This document shows, piece after piece, positions 41,040 to 54,200 of a stretch of 64,000 nt of DNA; position 1 is the first letter of the stretch, and each line of letters opens with the position of its first letter. The position numbers and the translations under genes were made by a program. The DNA is from Nageia nagi. Lineage: Eukaryota > Plantae > Pinophyta. The notes beneath the pieces are model-generated. The model was not told the DNA's origin, searched no databases, and saw only the letters and a list, made by a program, of their open reading frames with translations. The stretch covers positions 102,424,001 to 102,488,000 of the forward strand of contig JBITNC010000001.1 of NCBI GenBank assembly GCA_050084985.1, in the 5' to 3' direction.

Positions 41040-42699
41040 GGGCCTATCCAGAATCGTGCCAAAGGGGCTCTCTAAAATAGCTAGAAAACACCAAAATAGG
41101 CTAGCAAACCATTTGTGCACCAAACAAGCCCTATCAAAGCACCCAAGAAGATGACATCTAGCCTCCAAGGGCTAAACTAGCAGTCCAAACCCAACATTAG
41201 CGTCTTGAGTGACCCAACGTCCAACCTCTAGTGCATAAACTCAGCAAATAGCATCCAAATATCCAACATCTAGCTCAATGTGCAAGAATTCATCCATAGA
41301 AATGCAATAATGCTCAAGCAAACTCAATGGTTAGGCTAAATTGGTAGAATAATTAAATAAAGCATCCACAAACTCAACGTCTAGCGCAAGATCTCATAAG
41401 ATAACACAATTGTTGAGCCACAAAAATGTATTTAGATAATATTAAAATCATAATTGAATTTCATGCCTTGTCTTAGAGCAAATGATGCCCTACCTGAAGA
41501 TCTCCGAGATGTTGCTAAGAAAAAGGGAAAAGCACCAAGGCTATCCCATAGTGGTGGCAAGGCTTGTACCAAAACTTCCTCCTCCATGAACTGTGGCCAA
41601 GACACCAAGGTATTTAGAATTATTAAGATAATCTAGGGTAATGCCAACACCCCTAGATAGCTAGCAAGTCCTTTGAAGTGCATTAACCCTTAAAGTAGAG
41701 ATTCGTAAAGCCTTGAAACCTCGCTAAGTCTCAACATCTCCCTTGTAAGTTTTTGTCCACAAGAGGCAATGGAAGGAGCCGACGCTCGTAACCTAATGAA
41801 GAGATAATAAATTCCGAACAAGTATATCTCCAAGTGAGCAATAGTTCTCCTTTACAGACTAAGGAAAACCCTCCTACCCTACGCCAACCTAGGGATGCAC
41901 ATGATCAAGTCGTAGGGTCCAGATTCACTCTTGGAGTGAGACATCTCATCATAGGTGCATTGGGATCCATAAAGTCTCATCCAATGGTGGTGTGCTCTCA
42001 TATGTGCAATGTCTCCCTCTTGAGATCAATATCACCATCATGGATTCATCATGCTTTGCCCTTAGGGATGTGTCCAACTTAGGGGGGAGCAATATTACAT
42101 TGGAGGCTTACTAAATGCCTCGAGATGCCAAATTACATTCATCAAGGCTAGAAATATGCAACGCCTCACTTAAGAAGACTGATATTGCATTTACAATAAT
42201 TATTTGCCTTCGTATTTTAATTACAACAATTATTTCGCATCTTTAAGTGGCCCACACATTTACAAATATTAAAATAACAATTAATGACTCCTAAAGTCCA
42301 ACGTCCCATGTTGGAGATCCCCAAGTGGAACTTACATAATAATACAGCCTAAATATTAAAATATTCCTAATTAAATATGAATCACACCTACATTATTGAA
42401 ATAACAATTGCACATCCCTAGAAGAGGGACATCACATTTCCAATAGACAACTACAAATAAAATTTTGGATTCCTGTGCCTGCATCATATGAGAATTATGG
42501 CCCAGCAGGTGCACTTCAAAATGCCATATTTCCTTCGTTTCTTGACAAAACCATATCATGTAACCTATCAAAACGATTGGCATGAGAGTTTCTATCCATT
42601 TAAGGAGATAAAACGACAATTCTGGGCTTATGGACGATGTGATCCCTTGAGGACCAAAATTGAGTGGAACCCCAAAAATTGGGAATATTACAAATCCGC

Positions 42700-44913
42700 C
42701 CCTCCAAAAATTGCTTTTTCCTAAGCAATGCCAATATATCTTTATTATTAATATTCCCAATTTTGTTGTTGAATGAAGTTCATTGTGCTTTTGTGGTGCT
42801 ATTTTAGCTGAGACCCAATCTTGCCAAGGCGGTGCTTTCTTCTTCATGATGTCAAGAATAGGCAATATTGCAAAGACATCATTAAGACTCTTATGTGCTG
42901 CAGCATCCTTCCATCCCAACTTCCATCCCAACTGGTTCTTATTGATTCTTTTAATCGGGTGTCTTTTTTCTAAGTCTTCAAGGTGTAGAGGATGAAGATC
43001 AGTGTAAAGACAAGAATTTGTAGTGTTACCTTCGCCATTTTTCTTTGTACTTGAGCACGTACGGAATCTATTAATTCTTTTTTATCAAACTCTTTTGCCT
43101 CAACCAAACCAACTCGTATGTGATGAGCAGCCCTTAATGTCTTACTGATCAATTTGTACTTGAATGTCATTTTATGCATGACATATAATATAATGTCATC
43201 ATGATTATAGTCTACCCATGCTATGGTCCATATAGACCTTGTAGAGGTAGCCTTTGGTCCTTCAAAGAGTATATTTGTGTTGGCAGTCCTTTGGTCCATT
43301 ATTGTTGTGGCATGAACTGGACGAACCGGCCAATAGGTGTTGCAGCCTTGTATATGAGTGGAGAAGGTGTATAGTAATGCGCCAAACCCTCCAATGTCTC
43401 TGTTGTTGGTGTTCCTTCGAATACGTCCCCTGAATTTGGTTCAAGTGATATTTGTGTACTGAAGCACTTCTTCAAATCTGCCCAAGGTTTTCTTCCTCCT
43501 GCTGTTTGGAAAACATAATGTTCACGTATGAAAGGGTGAGGGGGAGATTTGAATCAACATACTCTCGTAGACTTGTTTCAGTAAGAGAATCTTCTATGCT
43601 CAACCCATATTGTCCCTCATTAATCCTACAATCCTTATCAAATGACTGCTGTTCTAAGTCTATCATATGTACCCAATACTGAACTTCACCTAGCATCATG
43701 ACTTCAAGCTTAATGGTACTTCTACCAAAGGCCACTAAAACTGGAAATAGGATTGCCATCTTTATCCTACATCTGTAATATAATGGACGGGCATTGAGGT
43801 ACCTTGTAGAAGCTTTCATATGATGCAAGGGTGTCTTCGTTGTAGTGGAAGACGCAGTTCTATTCTCACCAGCAGTTTTTATCATGGTTACTTCAGTTGC
43901 AACCTCGGGAACTGTTGAAATGGCCGCTTCATGTGCCTTTATCAGATCTGAATTGGTGATCACCTCGTACGGATGTTTCCTCCCTGCTATTGATTTGTTA
44001 TTGGTTCAAGACCAAATGTTATTCCCTTCCTTGTAACACCCTGCTTTTGTTTTCCCTAAAATAATTACTGATGTGCTTGCAAAATAACTTCTTTTTAGTG
44101 CCCCTTCCTCGTGATACATTCTCATTATCTTTAAACAGTCCCAACTTCTTACTTCAACCTCATTATCTTCACAAGATATAGTTTGGGGAATCAAGGCATA
44201 CCTCGTTATTTTTACCACCTTCTTATAGGGCGATGTCTTCCTTACAACCTTATTTGATGTGGGCTGTGCCTTCTTCATTTTCTGAAACTGATTTTTCTTG
44301 CTTGACCTCTTCTATACTGAGTAGACTGTAGCTGATGTACTAGCTTCCAACCAAGGGTTTGACTTGGAGGGTTACCACATATTCATCCAAACTGAAATGC
44401 TCTTCATTGATCATCTCCTTATTATGATTTTCAACAGGAACATGTTGGGAGGTTTGACATGCCTCATAATTGTCAGTGGTGACATTATCTTCTAGTGTTG
44501 ACACAACTTCATCTATGAACATGTGAATGAATTCTTGTTTAGGCAGGGGGCGAATATCTTTCATGATATTTTCCTTGTCTATTTCCCCAATTGATTCACC
44601 ATGTGTGTCAACTTCTTTCTCTCGAATGGAGTAGCTATCATCTCTCTTGTTGACATCTGGATCCTCATGCTATTGTGGTGGGTTCGTATCACAGGTGATC
44701 TTAAGTAAGTCTTTTTTCCCAATTAAGCTCAAATATGATTCAAAGGGTATTGTAATTTTCCAAACTTTTACTGTAATCCAGTCGCAGCTTGTCTAGCTCT
44801 TTAATTATTTCATCGTCTCAAGATGTAATATCTTCATTGGATAATTCCTTATCCATCTTGGGCAGTAATTGACCAAACAAGTCAAATATCATATCCAACT
44901 TTTGTTCCGCCAT
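42700..44913 (-). pseudogene. Degenerate ~2.2-kb ORF of unknown function inside the LARD-like element
   Basis: ATG at 44913 (MAEQKLDMIFDLFGQLL...); ORF pieces 44340-44564, 44006-44278, 43472-43963, 43262-43444 (last three in one frame), 42970-43299; no RT/RH/INT motifs recognised. Confidence 0.55.
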
Positions 44914-47149
44914 CTCCTTAACTAATTTTTAATCTCTAACCTTATCTCTCCAAAAATTAATTTCTTCAAATAAAATCTTTCCTTTTAATTCCAAATTTAA
45001 TTTTAAAAAATATGGAATTAATTTCTAAAATTAAAAATAGCTCCAAATAATTTTCTCAAAACTGAAATTGAATTTCTCCAAGGGTGAGTGTTTTGTCCTA
45101 GCGCCCCAAACTGAACAACAGGTGTCAAAAATTACCTTCTTGGCCCAACATCTGACCTTTTTCCTCCTGGTTACTCACTGTGATGCCCAAAAATGTTGAC
45201 ACCTCTCTTCTTGGGGTGTGTTGAGCAGAATTCAAGGGCCAAGATCCCAACATTGCACTCTGGAGTGCCAACGAATTAGCTTGATGCAGATTTTCTCTGT
45301 ATACTATCTCCGAAATTGCTCTTGAACCCCTGAAAATGTATCCTTCTCCACTATAGTAGACTTCCAGGGTGTAGATTTGTAGGTTATGGGCCCAAATTTT
45401 GTCACAATGGCAGAATGCGACACCTCTAATCTCCACGTATACCTTTCTGAGCTCTAAAATTCAAATTTAAGTGCAAATCCTCCAACGTCTTGCTCCCAAT
45501 GGCAGAATTTTGCAGATACAATGGTGTGATTGCCCCTTCTAGGCCCAACAAACCACTTCAGGATCACCAACCCTTTGAACTCTTGGTAGAAATCCCCAAC
45601 ATCACACTTCCAAGGTCTAGATCTCGAACTTTGATGCAAAAATCTCTCTCTGGCTGATCCAAATGTGCCTCGGACTCCTCCAAGATTAGAAACGACAGAT
45701 CTAGGAGCCAAAAATGCCTCCTTAGCTTCAAAGAAAAGCCAATATGACTCTCATTTCGGAAGTTGAGTGTCAAAAATGCCCAACATCTGGTTCCACAACG
45801 TTGGATCTTCAGTTATGGCCCCAAAATGCCCAATCTCTCCCAAGTAATCTTAGTTGGATCTGATGCTTCTAATCCACTTGAAAATTCACTAAGTAAAATT
45901 TAAAACGACTGAAACTATGAGGAGAGATTCCAAACCTTTTATCTACGATGAGACACCATTGAAATTCATGTGGAGATTCCATAGAAATCTTCTAGATCCT
46001 TAGCTTTGAACTCTTTCCAAATTTGTCCAAAAGAATGGCATACTTGGCTTCATTGATACTACTAAGATCCGGATCATAGGTTAGCCAAATAGATCTTGTC
46101 TTCATAGCCTGGCAAGATTGTGCCTCTGATACCACTAAAATACATATTCGAATATCTAGATCTTGGATCTTCTCTCCCTCGATTAGCCAAATACCACTAA
46201 AGGTGGATGTTAGAGATCTCAAACCTTAAAGTTGCTTTTGTGATGTTCCAAATGAACACTTGTGCCAAATTAGCCAATGAGGCTCAGCTAGGGGTTCCCA
46301 AACCCCCAACTACACAACCACCACTCAATGTGTTGTGCGTGCACAACAACCCCCAAAATACAAGATTTTTGGGACCCTATTTTTGCAAAGGCAATGTGGT
46401 GCATTGCCTTGAGATTGGCTTTTGGCGAAGGATAGTTCATTCTCAAGAGTGCAAACATGATATCAAGGAGGGATTCAAGGAGATCTTGCGACGAAGACCC
46501 TGAAGAGTATCCAATCACCGATTTTGTAGCCAAGTAGCCAAGATCTGAGAGAGAGCATCAAAGCACAAATGTTTTTGGGTCTAGAGTGAAGCTAATGAAG
46601 ATGGAATCGTTTTTGCAGAGTTTGAGCTCATGAGTGCCAAGTGTGATAAAAATGAGCGTTTTTCTCAAATTTAAGTCCGGGAGCAGTGGATGTAGCTAAG
46701 GTGACAAAAATAAGCGTTTTTGTCAAATATGAAGGAAAGCTCAAAAATGGTCATTATCACGAAAAGGCGCGTTTTGGTCAAATTTGAGCTTGAAAGTGGT
46801 TAGTACAGTAAAGATGTGCGTTTTTTTGCCGTTTGAGCTCGAAAATGGTCAAAAATGCAAAGTTGAGCTCAAAATGGTTAGAAATGATCGTTTTTTCACA
46901 CTGAAGGCCCAGAAATGCCGGAAATGGGCGGAAATGAATACCTTAACCCCGAAAATGTCGGAAATGATGGAAAATGACAAGTTTGAGCTTGGAAATCATC
47001 GAAAATGCACAAATTGAGTCCGGGATGGATTGAAAATGCGAGTTTGAGTACCCCTAGCTTAAGGCACATTTTTCCAAGGTATTGAAGACCCAAATAAGGG
47101 GAAAATGGTGCATGTTTCTCATAGATAAATGCAAATGGTGTTGGAATTC

Positions 47150-48005
47150 AAGTCTAAGAGTGTCATTGGAAAGATAAGGTGAATTCTATCACAAGTAGGA
47201 CTTGAAATTTTCGATTTTGACCAAGTCTAGGGCACTCAAATCCTAGGCGCATTTTTTCAAGCCTATGGGAAATCCATAGAGATGATTTTTGGTGCCTAGA
47301 TTGCGGAGAAAAAGTGAAAATGCGTCGAAATTCGAATCTAAATGCATAGATGGATGGAAATGATGGTCCCAAGGAACTTTAGGTCTCAAAATTTCCAATT
47401 TTGAGCAAGTTTAGACCCCTAGAAAGCTAGGCCAAGCTTCTTAATTTTTCCAAATCCATTGGCATGAAAAATGGCGCCTAGATTGACAAGATGAAGTATT
47501 TTTTGACCAAAAATCAAGTTTAGATGCTTGGGAACAAGGAAAACACCATTCTAAGCACATTTAATACTCAAAATTTTCGATTTTGAGCACTTTTGCGCAT
47601 CCTAAAGGCTAAGTGCAGGTTTTCAAGGCTATGGAATTCCAATGGAGTGAAAAATGGCACCTACAATAATTTTTTTTGATAATTTTTTGTCAAAACACAA
47701 GTTTGAGGGATCAAATACATGGAAAATGTGATTTTGAGCACATTTAGGTCTTGCAAAACACAATTTTGAGCAAGTTTTGGGCATCTAAAGGGCAGGCGCA
47801 GTTTTTCAAATGTTTTCAAGTCCATAGGACTGAAAAATGGCGCCTAACTTGAGGAGGAATATCAAATTTTGTCCAAAAGACAAATTTTATGGTTTCATTG
47901 CATGAAACGGCACATTTTGAGCACATTTAAACTTTGGAATTTTCAGATTTGAGCAAGTTTAAGTGTTCAAAAATCTAGGAGGCATTTTTCATTTCTATGG
48001 AAATT
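47150..48005 (+). repeat. Diverged ~183-bp tandem array (~5 units) within LTR
   Basis: Anchor (t/a)tttga.ca at 47215, 47399, 47581, 47764, 47947 (spacing 184/182/183/183). Confidence 0.8.
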
Positions 48006-48012
48006 TTCACTT

Positions 48013-48287
48013 TTGAGCACCAAAAGTCGACTGACCCTGCTCTCATAATCAGTCAGCCAGGACAATTGAGCATCAAAAGTCGATTGACCCTGCTCTCATA
48101 ATCAGTCAGCTAGGACAATTGAGCATCAAAAGTCGACTGACCCTGCTCTCATAATTAGTCAGCCAGGACAATTGAGCACCAAAAGTCGACTGACCCTGCT
48201 CTCATAGTTAGTTAGCCAGGACAATTGAGCACCAAAAGTCGATTAACCTTGCTCTCATAATTAGTCAGCTGGGACAATGGAGCACCA
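48013..48287 (+). repeat. 53-bp tandem repeat x5 within LTR
   Basis: ttgagcaccaaaagtcgactgaccctgctctcataatcagtcagccaggacaa at 48013, 48066, 48119, 48172, 48225. Confidence 0.95.
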
Positions 48288-51200
48288 TTTTTGATCACTT
48301 AAACCATTTTTTTCCAAAAATCCAAATCTTGATTCTAAGATCCAAAAACCTCCAATTCAATCTTAAACACCTCCAAGTTCCATGCCCAATCCATTCATAG
48401 CCGTATAAGATCCTTTTGGGCATTTTTAAAAAATTTTCCAAATTTCGGACCCCCCTATCTTTTTCGAAAAATAGACCAAAAAATCCACTTTTTTGAAAAA
48501 TTTTCTCAGATTCCGTTGAAAATTTGCCACAATGATCACATCAAAGGAAAATCCAGATTCAACGAAGGAAGGAGCTCAAAAGACTGACAGAAGGATCCAG
48601 AAAGATGATTTGAAGCTCCAATTTTTGCCAAATTGATGCAAAACGCCTTGAAATGCATGGTAGAGGGCATCAATTTTTGTAAATATTTTATTTTTAGCAT
48701 ATTTTAGTGGGATGAGACTGTTCTCCCACTAAAACGATATTGTAATCTCAATTTATCATTTTAAAGTTTTTTTAAGAATTAGGGCAACACCCTCAAATTT
48801 GACCTAAAAAGTCTATAAATAGACCATAAGGGGTCACTTTTGAGGCAAAATGTTTTTAATGAAAATTTGTAGAAAATTGGCAAATTGTTGTATCCTTGTA
48901 ATTATTGCACAAATTTAATACAAAGTGGTGGAATACTTGAAACAAAGAGATTTGTCATTTGGGAGATTGTGGATTTGACTATGTTGGAGCTTTTTGAGAT
49001 GATTTAGAATCTTTAATGCTTTTCCTTGAAAATTTTTGAATTTTAGGAAATTTTTTTGAAATTTTTTAAAAGTTTTTGAATCATTCCCAAATCGTTGCCT
49101 ATCCATAATTTGCATAGTAAGTGAACGTATTCTAAGCTTTTCTTCTTTCTATGACATCAAATTAGATTGCCTCATTCGAAACAAAGTTTGTGCGCACTTC
49201 TTGTATCGTGTCTTTCTTTTAATTGCATCGGTCCTGCTTTCAAACTACCGACAGTCAGCTCTCCTCCCTGCTCCTCTTAAGAATAGATTGAACTTAAGTT
49301 ATTCTATTTTTAGGTTGGAGACTTCGAATGAGACTTCTTGAATGATACAGAAGTGAGAAACCTTAGACATTGCTTCACTGTGACATTTTCTTTTTCATCT
49401 CACCAGTATCGAAACATTCTTGTTCACTTTTATTTTCTTTATTTTACACTTTCTTTAAACTTATAGCAACTTTCGAACTATTGCAAGATAAAACACCTCA
49501 ATCCCTACAAAAAACGTGAGTTAACAGTTATTACCTCTAGTATACCACTCAGCTGATTCCCAAACAAGACCTACACAATTTAAAGCTTGTATTAACGACA
49601 CAAGCATTCCGATAGAAACCTTGGGGTATCAGTCCTTACAAGAGAATTTTAGTAACGCGTTCTCACCTATATGTCGGGTTGCTTTCCCATCTTGATCGTC
49701 TGGGCGATCGTCGAGCAAGAGGAAAGGTTTCCTTCCGAACACAACATTGGCCCTCTAGGGCCCAAACACACTCCCAAGGCTGATGTTAGCCCTCCTAGGG
49801 TCTCAATGACACAACAAATCCAACGAATGCTCACAATGACAATTATATAACCCTACAACATCAATAGACCATATATACTGGAAACCCAACATAAACAGGG
49901 TCTAAACCCAAACACATGCATAAGTACACCAATCGCACAACACAGTAAGACAATGGATTTTATTGACGATCTCCCAAATGTGCCCCAAGGCTAATACAAT
50001 GATAGCTCATCACAATGTCACTCCAATCGGAACCATGGGACAGACAAACACCCTTAGAACTCAGATCCACTCCTGCGAAGGAGTCTCCTCAAATCCTGGT
50101 AAACCACTGAAGGTACGGATTGGCCCTCGGATGCCATCGGATGGGTTAGATGCTCCACCTAACCATAGATGTTCGGGATTCCTCAGCCCTAACACCCTCT
50201 AGATGCTCCGCCTAGGAAGATACACTTAGCACCACCAAGCTCGGGTAGTCACATGGACCAATAGTAGCAATAAGCAATAATCAATAATTTAGCCCCTTGC
50301 AAATGAGCTCCCACAAAGTATTTATAAGCTCCAATCAAATAGTCCACCTCGAGATCACCATAAGACCTTCTATTCCAACGTTGGGCATTTGGAGGGGCCC
50401 AATGACTTAACGCACCGTCCCCAAGTGTCAATGCAGGAATATAAGCCATAAGTGCCAATGTGGGGTCCTAGTCACTCCTGAAATCCAACGTGGGGTTCCT
50501 GGAAGCCCAGTAACCCAACGTGGGGGTGTGGGGCCCTTCCAGAGGTGATGCCAGCATGACGTCTAATCTAGAATGCTATAGCTTGTCGAGATCCCCACAA
50601 CTCGGGATCTCCAACCCACTAAAGATCAACATGACTCCTTAAGAGAGAGACGTCCCACTAGGGGCTCACAAGTGGGGTCCACATGACCCAGTATGTCTCG
50701 TCTTAAGCTGCAACATGAACATGACTACATACAAGGGATATCTATAAGATATCTATTTGACAAATACAAATTGGCACTAAAGTACAAAAGGGATATCACA
50801 ACTTCTTATCTCAATAAGTAAGCTAGATACCATTGAAAATTTTCAAACCTTACCTAGTAGGATGGAAAGATCTTGGGCTTTGATACCACTAACATATTCC
50901 AAACTAGGGCCGTTCCGGAATCGTGCCAAAGGGGCTCTCTAAAATAGCTAGAAAGCACCAAAATCGGCTAGCAAACCATTTATGCACTAAACAAGCCCTA
51001 TCAAAGCATACCAATAGCAAACGTCTAGCCTCTAGGGTATAAACTAGCAATCCAAACCCAACGTTGGGGGTCCTAAGTGATCCAACATCCAACCTCTAGT
51101 GCATAAACTCAACAAATAGCATCAAAATATCCAACTTCTAGTTCAATGTGCAAGAATTCATCCACAAAAATACAATAATGCTCAAGCAAACTCAAAGTCT

Positions 51201-54200
51201 AGGTCAAATTGGTAGAATAATTAAATATAGCATCCACAAACTCCATGTCTAGCCTTCTAGGGCAAGATCTCGAAAGATAACACAATTATTGATTCATAAA
51301 AATGTAATTAGATAATATTGCAATTATAATCAAATTACATGCCTTGTCTTAGAGCAAATGATGCCCTAGCTGAAGCTCTCTGAGATATTGCTGAGAATAA
51401 GGGAAAACCAACAAGGCTGTCCCATAATCATGGTAAGTCTTGTACTAGGACTTTCTTCGATGCGAACTATGGCCAAGATGACAAGGTATTTAGAAGTATT
51501 AAGTTAATCTAGGGTAATGCCAACACCCCTAGATAGCTAACAAGTCCTTTGAGATGTGCTAACCCTCAAAGTAGCAATCCGTAAAGCCCTGAAACCTTGC
51601 TAAGTCTCAACACCTCCCTTGTAGGTTTTCGTCCACAAGAGGCAATGGAAGCAGTTGACACCCGCAACCTGAAGAAGAGAATAAATTCCGAACAAGCATA
51701 TCTTCAAGTGAGCAATTGTTCTCCTTTTATAGACTTAGGAAGACCCTCCTACCTTGCGCCAACCTAGGGATGCACAAGATCAAGTTGTAGGGTCCAAATT
51801 CACTCTTGGAGTGAGACGTCTCATCATAGGTGCATTGGGATTCATAAAGTCTCATCCAATGGTGGTGGTGTGCTCTCCTAGGTGCAACGTCTCCCTCTTG
51901 ATGTCCTCTTTGCCTTGGAATTAGTGTCACCGTCTTAGAGTCATCATGCTTTGCCTTTAAGGATGCATCCAACTTAAGGGGGGAGCAATATTACATTGAA
52001 GGCTTACTAAATGCCTTGGGATGCCAAATTATATTCATCAAGGCTAGAAATATGCAATGCCTCACTTAAGGAGACTAATATTGCATTTACAATAATTATT
52101 TGCCTTCGTATTTTAATTACAACAATTATTTCGCATCTTTAAGTGGCCCACACATTTACAAATATTAAAATAACAATTAATGACTCCTAGAGTCCAACGT
52201 CCCATGTTGGAGAGCCCCCCAAGTGGAACTTACATAATAATAGTGCCTAAATATTAAAATATTCCTAATTAAATATGAATCACCTAAATTATTGAAATAA
52301 CAATTGCACATCCCTAGAAGAGGGGCATCACATTTCCAATAGATAATTGGAAATACAGTTTTGGATTCCCGTGCGTGCACGATATGAGAATTCTAGCCCG
52401 ATGAGTGAAATTCAAAATGCCATATTTCCTTCGTTCCTTAACGAAGCCATCTCATGTAACCTGTCAAAACGATTGGCATGAGATTTTCTATACATTTCAA
52501 GTGATAAATCGACAATTCTAGGCTTATGGACGACATGGTCCCGTTAGGACCAAACTTGAGTGGAACCCCAAACTTTGGGGATATTACACTTCTTTGTCAA
52601 CGACATTGCATTTCTCTGACACACGGTAGAGGGACCACAATGCTTGATGGATAACTTGGATTTGTTCAATGTTATATAGAATTTAGTGGTTAATCTCAAT
52701 AAAACCTATGTTGTGATCTTCAGTAACTTAAAAGGCCACTGTGGACTAGACTCAAATCACACACCAAGGCAAGGTTATTAAGGTTACTACCCCTTACACT
52801 TATTTGGAAGTACTCTTCACTGGTCCTTAATTATTGATGAGGGCAGAGCCCCTGCCCAAAGTTCATCGAAGATATGCAACAATTTCCACCCTTGAGAGAC
52901 AATGTGTCTAACTCCACCTCCAGGACATCCCATCCAAGCTCCATCTTTTCCATGCTCTAGTCACCCCCATAGTGCTTTATGGTGCCAAAGTTTGGGGACC
53001 CAATTTGAGGAGCTCGAATTGGACCTCAATTGAGAGGATCCTTATTAGCACATTGTCTCACTTTGTTTGAGGCAAGAGGATTGTTTCGCATCACATCATG
53101 TTGGCTGAATTTGGTTGCTAGCCTCTACATGTATGGTGTCTTACAGCATTGGCTCTTTTTCTTTGTCGCCTCCATAGCCTTGCATCTCCTGGAGGAGGTC
53201 TAGATCAACTCCCATATAGAGCTTTAGTATTATAGATGGACTTGGCAGCACAAGGATGTTGTTGATGGTTGTTCAACGAGGTCACCAAGGCATTACAACG
53301 CTTTACGTTTTCCATGACTGACTACCTATACCTCAAGGAGATCCATATGGAGATCTAGTTGACATATTGACATCGATCAAAGATACGATTTACAAGGCAT
53401 ACATTCAGCACACTTGGGTCACTCCCCAACATCCCCTCATAACCAAGTTGTTGCACTACTCCCATCACTTCTTGCAGATTGACTAAGCGTTGATACTCCC
53501 TCTCGGATGTTCCTTGGACAATTCAAAGTATGCTACCACCAGTTATGGATTGAGACTAATCACCATTTAGCACATGAGCTTCGAGTATGTCGATTGTGCT
53601 TATTAGAGTCAGAGACTAAGGACCATTTCATCTTCATGTGATCAATTTACCATGAGATCTAAGGACGATATCATTATCTTTTTCAAGACTCCCACAACTC
53701 GATCTTGACCTTCAAATTTTTGGACTAGCATTGTGTCGCACTCTATCTTAGAGAGGCATTCCTTCTCAAGAAATGTCTCTTATCTGATGCCCAATTCTTG
53801 ACATGTAATCTTGCCTGATTAGTTCATTTTTTCAAGCTTCCTTGAAGGAGGGAGCTCATAGGAGGAGAGATGACCCTCTTCCACCTACTTGATGCACCAG
53901 ATAGTGAGTGTGTGCTAACTCTATTCCTTTGTGGTCAGAGTGGATCACATCCTTATTTATTTCATGCAACCGATGCAACCGCAATTACCACATCCCAAGG
54001 GGAACCCTGTCGGGTTTAGATAAGAATCCTCCTACCCACTTGATCTTGACTATTCTAATCTACTAGTTGATTATGTACTCTTTTTTAGGGTTTAGCCCCT
54101 TTATTGTACTTTTATATTGTACTTCTTAGTTTTCTTCTAGTGAGGGTCCTTTAGGGCCCTACATGTTGCTTTATACATTTGTACCTCACAGTCCCATTGA

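Larger units (their letters stand above)
46331..49741 (+). mobile_element. Large solo LTR (3411 bp)
   Basis: tgttgtg...ccgaaca; TSD caatg/caaca (both derivable from caacg by CpG decay); TATA ctataaatag ~48813. Confidence 0.9.
46239..50800 (-). mobile_element. Solo LTR of the same family as the LTRs of 6968-12339, split by an insertion at 46331-49741
   Basis: 46239-46330 + 49742-50800 align end to end with 11202-12339; TSD gcttt/acttc (two transitions). Confidence 0.9.
38403..52588 (-). mobile_element. Non-autonomous Gypsy-derived LTR element (LARD-like) carrying nested solo LTRs
   Basis: 3' LTR 38403-38424+41040-42692; PPT revcomp 42693-42706; PBS revcomp gctttgatacca 50877-50888; 5' LTR 50890-52588; TSD degenerate (cctcc/cttct). 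Confidence 0.9.

Noticed and set aside
42371-42931. 186-aa ORF as an env-like or host gene
   Set aside because: It runs across the PPT into the LTR, and the equivalent sequence in the other LTR copy is not open to the same extent; treated as part of the element's ORF relic or chance read-through.
48013-48287. CRISPR-like repeat-spacer array
   Set aside because: Whole 53-bp units are near-identical, so there are no unique spacers; ordinary tandem repeat.
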